A stretch of DNA of 64,000 nt. It comes from Candidatus Poriferisodalis sp. GTDB taxonomy: Bacteria; Actinomycetota; Acidimicrobiia; Acidimicrobiales; Poriferisodalaceae. The notes below the pieces were generated by a model that saw only the letters and a program-made list of their open reading frames with translations, was not told the origin of the DNA and did no database searches. The stretch lies in assembly GCF_965221945.1 (NCBI RefSeq), contig NZ_OZ244925.1, forward strand, positions 3,466,091-3,530,090, read 5' to 3'. A program made the position numbers and the translations under genes. Below are positions 37,897 through 44,498 of this stretch, piece by piece. Positions within the stretch are counted from its first letter, which is position 1. Every line of letters begins with the position of its first letter.

Positions 37897-38178
37897 ACGC
37901 CCGCCAACGAACCGCCCGGGTTCGTGCCGAGGCTGCGCTGGCAGACCCTGCTGAAGCTGCTGCGCACCAACGGGCTCGAGTGCACCGTCCACGGATTCCG
38001 CTCGTCGTTCAAGACGTGGGTCATCGAGACCACCTCCACGCCATGGGCCGTCGGCGAGGCGGCTCTGGCCCACGTCGTGGCAACACCACCGAGGCCGCCT
38101 ACGTCCGCATCGACCTGTTCGAGCATCGCTGAGAGCTCATGGCCGCCTGGACCGACTTCATTGCACCGAGACGCCGAT
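37897..38178 (+). pseudogene. P4-type tyrosine integrase remnant (C-terminal ~75 codons, frameshifted)
   Basis: ECTVHGFRSSFKTWVIETTSTPWAVGEAALAH..., then shifted ...AAYVRIDLFE. Homologous to 63240-63477. Confidence 0.6.
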
Positions 38179-38341
38179 GAACTCGTGCGCAGAAACAACA
38201 CGAGGGCCCTCGCAGGCGTCTCAATGGAGACGCCATCAGAATGACCGCACCCTAACTGGCACCGCTCCAGCCGTCAACGCGGGGTCACAGAGTGGGCGCC
38301 TGAGCTCGGCAAGGTCAATACGATGCCGGCGCACATTCCTC

Positions 38342-39157
38342 TCAGGATTGACGAATGCGTCGCCAGAAGGCACTGCGAGCGGCGCGTCTCTCCGACTCGT
38401 GAGTACGGATGCTCGCTCCGATGTGATTCTCAACGGCGGCAAGCAATTCGGCATCGAGCGGTGTTGGGATTCGCGGTTGGTCCCGGATCAGAGCCGTCGC
38501 CTCTGATTGGGTGACCCGTCCGAGCCAGGCTTCCGCAAAGCGTCGCGCGCCTTCGCCCACGCCGTCAGGCGTCACGGAATGCAACTCTGTATCTTCGCCT
38601 CCCGAATTCTCGATTGCCGTGGCGCGCCTTGAGATGTAGGCCGCGAGATCTGTTCGGCGGAATTCGACGACGCGGTCAGCTTCGTTGGCCAACGTCGGTG
38701 AGTAATTTCGGGAACCGTCGCGGGTAGCGATGACGGCGAGGGTCACTCTGACCCCCATGTCCTGAGCCGACTTGACGCCCTCTCGTAGGTCCTCATCCCC
38801 TGAGAGCAGAAACGCCTCGCAAATGGCGCGTTCGCGCGCCAGCGTCATGAGATCGTGGTAGATCAGCGCGTCAACTCCCTTCTGCGCGTTTCTCGTGAGC
38901 CGGCCGAGTCGCAGCTTGACGTCGGAAAGGTTGGCAATCTTCTGTTGGTCGCTATTGGGGGTGGCGTTCTTCGCGGCGTCATACCAGTACAAACGAAGCA
39001 TCGGCAGACCACAAGCCTCTGCCGCAACGTCGACAAAGTGGTCTTTGAAGCCCTCCGCGTCTAGCGAAGAATGTTGTCGTCTGGGACTTCGGGCGCAGAG
39101 CTTCCCGCCCTCTGCATAGAGATACCCAGCGTCAACGAACAGGGCGCACCGATCCAT
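38342..39157 (-). CDS. NYN (LabA/DUF88-like) domain protein
   Basis: ATG 39157 is preceded by AGGAGGA. CALFVDAGYLY, LRLYWYDA, QKGVDALIYHDL, LLSGDEDLREGV are the NYN acidic motifs. The C-terminal ~110 aa are unrecognised. Confidence 0.7.
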   Translation of the reverse strand: MDRCALFVDAGYLYAEGGKLCARSPRRQHSSLDAEGFKDHFVDVAAEACGLPMLRLYWYDAAKNATPNSDQQKIANLSDVKLRLGRLTRNAQKGVDALIYHDLMTLARERAICEAFLLSGDEDLREGVKSAQDMGVRVTLAVIATRDGSRNYSPTLANEADRVVEFRRTDLAAYISRRATAIENSGGEDTELHSVTPDGVGEGARRFAEAWLGRVTQSEATALIRDQPRIPTPLDAELLAAVENHIGASIRTHESERRAARSAFWRRIRQS

Positions 39158-39183
39158 CAGATCCGTTCCTCCTGAGAAAACAA

Positions 39184-39207
39184 ACGAGGGCCCTCGCGGG
39201 CCCTCGT
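39184..39207 (-). terminator. hairpin ACGAGGGCCC-TCGC-GGGCCCTCGT followed by CTCCCC-AACC-GGGGAG (39211-39226)
   Basis: Read directly. A collapsed copy of the first hairpin and its 5' flank recurs at 38191-38213, on the other side of the NYN gene. Confidence 0.4.
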
Positions 39208-39662
39208 AACTCCCCAACCGGGGAGCCATCAAACCAGCGCGACCCTAGCTGCATGGTTTCATGAGTCGAACTGATATTGCAGTGCTCGCCTTGAATACGC
39301 TGCGGTGCGTCAATCTCCGGCAGCAGTTCGGCATCATGCGGGAAGCCACCACAGCACATTGATGAGAACGCATCGCTGAGTTGCTCTCAGAGTTCATCCG
39401 AACACCTGGAGAGATCGGCGTCGTCGACTCTCAGGAGAATCTTGTGGCTGAAGCAGAGCGCTCCCGTCTCTGCGATCGGCTGTGTAAGCAGACCGACGAG
39501 CCGCTGGTGGAGTACCTCATCTCGTGCTTGAGCCCGGTGCCGCTACCCGAACTGGAACGCCTAGCGGCTTTGGGGAAACCCGTGCCCGGGCCAGCTTCAA
39601 GAAGCCGCACAGCCCCGCGGTCCCGCTCTGTCAGCTGAGTGTCGGCGCGCTCGTTGCGCGGT

Positions 39663-40034
39663 TCAGGTGAACAGGTCGGTGAGCCGGCTCAGCCAGCCCG
39701 CCTCGACGGCTGCGACCTCCACAGCGATGAACACAGCCGCTGCGGTCACCCAGCTGCGGTCCGCCTTGCGCTGCCGGGCGGCGTGCGCACGGTCGGCCTC
39801 GCGCTGGGCAGCCAGCTTGTCGAAGCCGGCTTGCATCTCTTCTTTGGCGGCAAAACGCGACAACTCAGCCGACAGCACTGCGGAGAGATGTTCCTTGGTC
39901 ACCAAGTCCGACAGCGGCGCGGGCGCCAAGCACGACATCAGGTACTCCGCCAACGGCTCGTCGGTCTGTTTACGCAGCCAAGCGTAGAGGCGGGACCGGT
40001 CTCTTGAGACAAGGCTGACTCCTGTTTCCGTCAA
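39663..40034 (-). CDS. small coiled-coil protein with C-terminal TM helix (hypothetical)
   Basis: TTG 40034. LYAWLRKQTDEPLAEYLMSCLAP..., charged coiled-coil, then WVTAAAVFIAVEVAAV. Its 5' third is duplicated in inverted orientation at 39455-39545. Confidence 0.35.
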   Translation of the reverse strand: MTETGVSLVSRDRSRLYAWLRKQTDEPLAEYLMSCLAPAPLSDLVTKEHLSAVLSAELSRFAAKEEMQAGFDKLAAQREADRAHAARQRKADRSWVTAAAVFIAVEVAAVEAGWLSRLTDLFT

Positions 40035-40037
40035 GAT

Positions 40038-40146
40038 GCGAAGAGCTCCGGGCCGAGACCCCGGGGCTCCTCGTTGTTGGTCTTTACCGACCCGGTGGGC
40101 AGGCCGCCGATCGGTTGAGTTCAACTGTGCAGCCAGCTACTGGGAC
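40038..40146 (-). repeat. two-hairpin 3' element, copy 3 (after the AlkB-like gene)
   Basis: GAGCTCCGGGCCGAGACCCCGGGGCTC ... CCGGTGGGCAGGCCGCCGATCGG ... GAGTTCAACTGTGCAGCCAGCTACTGGGA. It retains a CCCAGTAG S-layer-type stop context although the gene upstream is unrelated. Confidence 0.9.
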
Positions 40147-40172
40147 GGAGCCGACGGGTCGGGCCGATCGGA

Positions 40173-40655
40173 TCAGGTTTGTGCCGGCTCGGGGCGTGCG
40201 ATGGTGCGAAAGGTGATCGAGACGCGTCGCTGGCGTGCGATCTTGCGTCCGTTGCAGGTGTCTGTGCGCCGTTTGGCGATGCCGTGACGCCATTGCCAGC
40301 GTGCGTCGCCGTGGAGCAGGACGAGGCTGCGGGGCTCGAGCCGCTGCACGTGCTCGTCGCCGGTCGCGTCGCAGCAGAAGTCCATGTTGACCGCCGACCC
40401 CAGGCTCACGGTCACGACGACCGGTCCGAAGCAGTCCCTGTCGATGTGGGGCGCTATGCCTTGGCCGGGCTCGTATTCGTTGACGATGGCTTGCTCGAAA
40501 GGTCGTTGCGCGTCCACCAAGTGCACAGCTTCTTTGGTCGCAGCTGTACGTACCTTGTAGGTGAGCTGCGTCAACCACTCCGGCAATGGCCCGATGCGGG
40601 CTGACTCGTCGAGCCTGCGGTTCGAGTAGTCGTACTTGTACCCGTAGTGCTGCAC
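40173..40655 (-). CDS. AlkB-like 2OG-Fe(II) dioxygenase
   Basis: QHYGYKYDY, NEYEPGQGIAPHIDRD (HxD), LLHGD, RRVSITFR (RxSxTxR). Confidence 0.7.
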   Translation of the reverse strand: MQHYGYKYDYSNRRLDESARIGPLPEWLTQLTYKVRTAATKEAVHLVDAQRPFEQAIVNEYEPGQGIAPHIDRDCFGPVVVTVSLGSAVNMDFCCDATGDEHVQRLEPRSLVLLHGDARWQWRHGIAKRRTDTCNGRKIARQRRVSITFRTIARPEPAQT

Positions 40656-40680
40656 GCGCCGAGAGAGGTCCGACAGCCAC

Positions 40681-40850
40681 TCAGAACCGTCGATCCACTC
40701 TTGGTGTGATGTGATCGGACTGGCGTTCTGCTATCGGCGCACGAGCGCCGTTGCCTAGCGCGTTGCATGCTGCGCCAGCAAGAGCATCGGCGTACCACAG
40801 CAGAGGTTCTTTCTTCGAGCCCCACGCGAATCGCAACCGGGCGGGGATCC
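40681..40850 (-). pseudogene. 3' fragment of a paralogue of 36759-37268
   Basis: Hand translation ...RFAWGSKKEPLLWYADALAGAACNALGNG...QSDHITPRVDRRF* with its stop 26 nt upstream of the AlkB-like GTG. Confidence 0.5.
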
Positions 40851-40856
40851 GCTAGG

Positions 40857-40930
40857 CCCCGAGATCGGCGAGCAGCATCTGCATCTGGCGGACGTCTTGG
40901 CTGGCTTGGGTGGCATCGGTCGTGTGATCC
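40857..40930 (-). pseudogene. short fragment of the Swt1-like HEPN gene
   Basis: CCCGAGATCGGCGAGCAGCATCTGCATCTGGCGGACGTCTTGGCTGGCTTGGGTGGCATCG matches roughly 43464-43530 with a few mismatches. Confidence 0.6.
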
Positions 40931-41008
40931 AACTTCGCCGAAGAGATGGCACCAGCTGTCGTAGCGAGCTTGACGGCAGCAGGTCGCTTGGCGTCAGCCA
41001 TGTTGGGA

Positions 41009-41707
41009 CTAGCTTGCAACATCGGCTGTCGAGGACGAGGGTTCGAACAATCGTGAGAACCAGGAGATGAACGGCCGCGATTGCGGATGCTGCGGGTCGA
41101 GCAGTCTTCGCATGACGGCCTGGTGCAACTGGGGCCCAGGATCCTCCTGCCATGCGAGCCAGGTATGGACCACAGACTTCGTGACGTCAACGTCCCGCAG
41201 GGACGCTCCCAGTTCGCGCGCCCCGTCAACACTGTGTCTGGCGTACTCCAAGAGTTCGGCGGCCGCGTCGGGGACGAGGCCGAGCAGGAATTCTTCTAAG
41301 GCGCCTCGGTGGCGATTGTCAGGCATGATCCAGACGCCGAACCACGAACCGTCTTGTCGCTGTCGAACGAAGCCGCTTTCAGGCATTTGCTCAGGCAGAT
41401 CAGCCATATCGGGTAGTTCGGACCCGCATCGTTGCCGGATTGCATCCCAGCGCCCAGAGGCGTTGCCGTTGGCGTCGACGACCACACCGAGCCGCTCAAG
41501 GCCGCTGGCCTTGAATTCAGCCGAGATCGTGCCCGCCTTAAGGATGTTCGTGACGCCACCGAAGTCGTCAATGTACGGCACCCGCCTTCCGACATCGGCA
41601 TCGTTCCATGAGATTCCCTGCGCCTCGACGAGCTTTGGGATCAGCCGTAGTTCGGTTGATCCCTCCACGAGCAGCTTCATTGCCGGTGTTCGCGTCTGAA
41701 CTGCCAC
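41009..41707 (-). CDS. DUF4276/DUF3226-like (TOPRIM-like?) partner of the ATPase
   Basis: It begins immediately after the ATPase stop. MKLLVEGSTELRLIPKLV resembles the LVEG.tE N-terminus of these families. The assignment is from memory of that motif only. Confidence 0.4.
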   Translation of the reverse strand: MAVQTRTPAMKLLVEGSTELRLIPKLVEAQGISWNDADVGRRVPYIDDFGGVTNILKAGTISAEFKASGLERLGVVVDANGNASGRWDAIRQRCGSELPDMADLPEQMPESGFVRQRQDGSWFGVWIMPDNRHRGALEEFLLGLVPDAAAELLEYARHSVDGARELGASLRDVDVTKSVVHTWLAWQEDPGPQLHQAVMRRLLDPQHPQSRPFISWFSRLFEPSSSTADVAS

Positions 41708-42811
41708 CTAGCGGACCTCGAGGCCGCGCTCTGCGACCGCCGCAACCTCATGCTCGCTGAAACGGACATTGCTCTTGCCGCTGCCGGGTTCGATTCGGTG
41801 AATCGTCAGATCACCGGGCGGGACGGCGTCGGGGTCAGCGACCGAAGCGAGGCTCTCGTAGCAGTCACGGCTGTGGGTGGTGGCGAATACCTGCACGTCC
41901 AACGATCTTGAGCGCTCGGCGATCATCGTCCACATCTTCTGCATCACCGTGTAGTGCAGGCCCGTGTCGATCTCGTCCACCAGTAGCACTCCGCCTCGCG
42001 CACGCGCCAAGGCCAGTGCCAAGCCAAGCATTCGCCACATTCCGTCGCCGACACTCCCAATGGGAACGCGACCGTCAACGCCTTGCATCCGCAGGAGTAT
42101 CCCGCCCCGCGCACTGCTGCCGAGCGGCGTACGTTTCGATGCGAGTACCGCAAGCCGCTCCACACGAGGCTCGATGAGCCGCATGGCCTCCACCGCCCTG
42201 TCTTCGGCGTCGGTCAGCACCACATCGTCGAAGATGTCGCCGACATCACCGGGAACCAAGCCGCCTGTGCCCACGAACTGGACCCGTGGGATGTCGTCGT
42301 CGGTACCCCAACCGTGCCGGGCCGGCTGCCGAACCGGCAGCATCCCGTCAGCCGTCAAAGCCGCCCGAAATTCGCCCTTTCGTTCGCTGGACGCCCAAAC
42401 AAGTCGCCCTGGCGATTCGTCCGCAGCCTCTCTGGCGTCGTCATGTAGCGGCAACCCCATCTGCACTTGTTCCATTTGCACCGATAGTTCTGTCTTGACT
42501 GCCTCAAGCTGCGAGCTGGGGCCGGACCGTTGCCCCGACACGCAGATGCGCGCTGACATATCTCGGTGCGAGAACAACTGGGCGATGTCGTATACGCGGC
42601 CTTGATCCTCGTCCGGCAGCCACTCGCCGCGCAATTCGAGCAACGAGCGCAACACCCGGTAGTCACTCGCCGAGTGCAGAAGCCCGACGCACTCGAGCAC
42701 CGAGGTCTTGCCCGAATTGTTCGATCCCACCAGCAGGTTCACGCGGCTCAATCCTTCGAGCCGCACCTGTTCGAGGCTTCGGAAGCCGCTGATCTCAATT
42801 GACGAGTACAC
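41708..42811 (-). CDS. ABC/SMC-type AAA ATPase (AAA_15/AAA_21-like)
   Basis: IEISGFRSLEQV, Walker A GSNNSGKTS, signature-like SVGDGMWRML, Walker B VLLVDEIDTGLH, H-loop ATTHS. Confidence 0.8.
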   Translation of the reverse strand: MYSSIEISGFRSLEQVRLEGLSRVNLLVGSNNSGKTSVLECVGLLHSASDYRVLRSLLELRGEWLPDEDQGRVYDIAQLFSHRDMSARICVSGQRSGPSSQLEAVKTELSVQMEQVQMGLPLHDDAREAADESPGRLVWASSERKGEFRAALTADGMLPVRQPARHGWGTDDDIPRVQFVGTGGLVPGDVGDIFDDVVLTDAEDRAVEAMRLIEPRVERLAVLASKRTPLGSSARGGILLRMQGVDGRVPIGSVGDGMWRMLGLALALARARGGVLLVDEIDTGLHYTVMQKMWTMIAERSRSLDVQVFATTHSRDCYESLASVADPDAVPPGDLTIHRIEPGSGKSNVRFSEHEVAAVAERGLEVR

Positions 42812-42884
42812 GGCACTGCCCCCGGGGCCGAGGCCATTCTGGTGGCCGCGATCCTACCGCCCTGCCTCCGCGCGGGTCTCCGTC

Positions 42885-43119
42885 GCAGGCCGCCGATCGG
42901 TTGAGTTCAACTGTGCAGCCAGCTACTGGGACGGAGCCGACGGGTCGGGCCGATCGGATCAGGTTTGTGCCGGCTCGGGGCGTGCGATGGTGCGAAAGGT
43001 GATCGAGACGCGTCGCTGGCGTGTGATCTTGCGCCCGTTGCAGGTGTCTGTGCGCCGCTTGGCGATGCCATGGCGCCATTGCCAGCGTGCGTCGCCGTGG
43101 AGCAGGACGAGGCTGCGGG
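42885..43119 (-). repeat. 235-bp duplicate of 40099-40333 (partial 3' element copy 4 plus AlkB-like gene 3' end)
   Basis: Aligned by eye with about 5 mismatches. It ends abruptly at ...GCTGCGGGG. Confidence 0.85.
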
Positions 43120-43391
43120 GCGGGCTTCGTCGACGACTACCTCCTCGAGGTCGCCGCCCTCGGCCTCGTCAGAGGCAAGTCCGCCCGCGTCAGCGACAAC
43201 GTTCTCGTCACGTTCGTTTGCGTCGCTCACGCTGTTTCGATCAGCGCTTCTCGGTCAAGTGTCTTCAGCGCGCCGAGCAGGCACGCCTCGACAAAGTCCC
43301 AATCACCGGCCAGGTCTCGTTCGGTCAGCAGCCAGACATCCTCGGGAGTCTCCCAATCCTCCAGGCACTCCGCGATGCGCCCCGGGGTCGG

Positions 43392-44324
43392 TCAGCTGCG
43401 ACCGGAGCGCACCATGAGGTCGAGGGTGCGCTGGATCTGGGCCATGCGGCGGGCCTCGTCTGTAGCGCCGAGGTCGGTGAGCAGCATCTGCATCTCGCGG
43501 ACGTCTTGGCTGGCTTGGGTGGCATCGATCGTGTCGAAGTGGGCCCAGCGGTTGCGTGCATCACGCAGATGCTCGAGCGTCGGTTGAGTCGTCACCGTGA
43601 AGACCTTTTCGAAGGTCGCCGCTTCCTCTCGCCTCAGGAGCACTTGGAGGTACACGTAGGGGTCGTGCAGCGGAACACGTTCCGCGGAAGCAAAGATCCC
43701 GTGCTTCTGGCGCAGCTCGTGGTGCCAGTCGCCGCCGTAGTGGAGTTCGTAGACGGCCTGCATTCGCGGCATCATCCCGCTCCCGAGCAGCTCAAGCGCC
43801 TTCCCGACGAGATCTCGGGCGCTGTCGATGGGCGATGTTGGCCAGAAGGCGACAATGGTGTCCCGCATCGAGACAGGAACCCGCTTGCCGGCTTGGCCGA
43901 TCCAGGCCTCCTCGACGTAGTTCGGCACATTCGCCGCTCTTGACGACTTCGTCGTACGTGGAGTGAAGCACCAACGCACATCGTCTCGGCCCCGCCAGCG
44001 GTCGTCGTGGTAGGGGTAGCCGTCCGCGTCAGCGTCGAACACGTTGTGATCGCTGCCTGGTACGTCCTGCCACTTCCAACCGTCGATCTCGACCACAGCA
44101 CGCGTCACACCACGATGGAATGCGACCGCGTACTTGATGTTGAGGCTCTTGACCTCATCGGGGTCCAGCTCCCACCAGCCGCGCATCGACGCGACGATGC
44201 GCTCCCTGCCGTCACCGGGTCGGTATCCGCTGCGGTGGTTCACGTCCGCTCGGTAGCTGAGACGGAACAGGATCGCCGGCGGTGCGTCGTCGGGCACCGA
44301 TGGCAAGTTGTCGAGGTCCGACAT
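43392..44324 (-). CDS. 310-aa protein: unknown N-terminal domain + Swt1-like HEPN domain
   Basis: The C-terminal half (DPYVYLQVLLRRE...LEHLRDARNRWAHFD...) has the R-x4-6-H HEPN motif in a Swt1-like context. The N-terminal 130 aa (YAVAFHRGVTRAVVEIDGWKW) are unrecognised. Confidence 0.55.
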   Translation of the reverse strand: MSDLDNLPSVPDDAPPAILFRLSYRADVNHRSGYRPGDGRERIVASMRGWWELDPDEVKSLNIKYAVAFHRGVTRAVVEIDGWKWQDVPGSDHNVFDADADGYPYHDDRWRGRDDVRWCFTPRTTKSSRAANVPNYVEEAWIGQAGKRVPVSMRDTIVAFWPTSPIDSARDLVGKALELLGSGMMPRMQAVYELHYGGDWHHELRQKHGIFASAERVPLHDPYVYLQVLLRREEAATFEKVFTVTTQPTLEHLRDARNRWAHFDTIDATQASQDVREMQMLLTDLGATDEARRMAQIQRTLDLMVRSGRS

Positions 44325-44392
44325 CGTTGCTCCAGGTTCTTAAGCGTCGACCCGGCGAGTGTAGCCACGGGCGCCCGAATGGGCAGGGAAAT

Positions 44393-44498
44393 GCAAGGAG
44401 CCCCGGGGCCGAAACCCCGGGACTCCAAGTTGTTGGTCCTTACCGATGGGGTGGGCAGGCCACCAATCGGTTCAGTTCAACTGTGCAGCTAACTCCTA
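44393..44498 (-). repeat. two-hairpin 3' element, copy 5
   Basis: GGAGCCCCGGGGCCGAAACCCCGGGACTCC (44397-44426), CCGATGGGGTGGGCAGGCCACCAATCGG, CAGTTCAACTG. It abuts the stop at 44496-44498. Confidence 0.9.
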
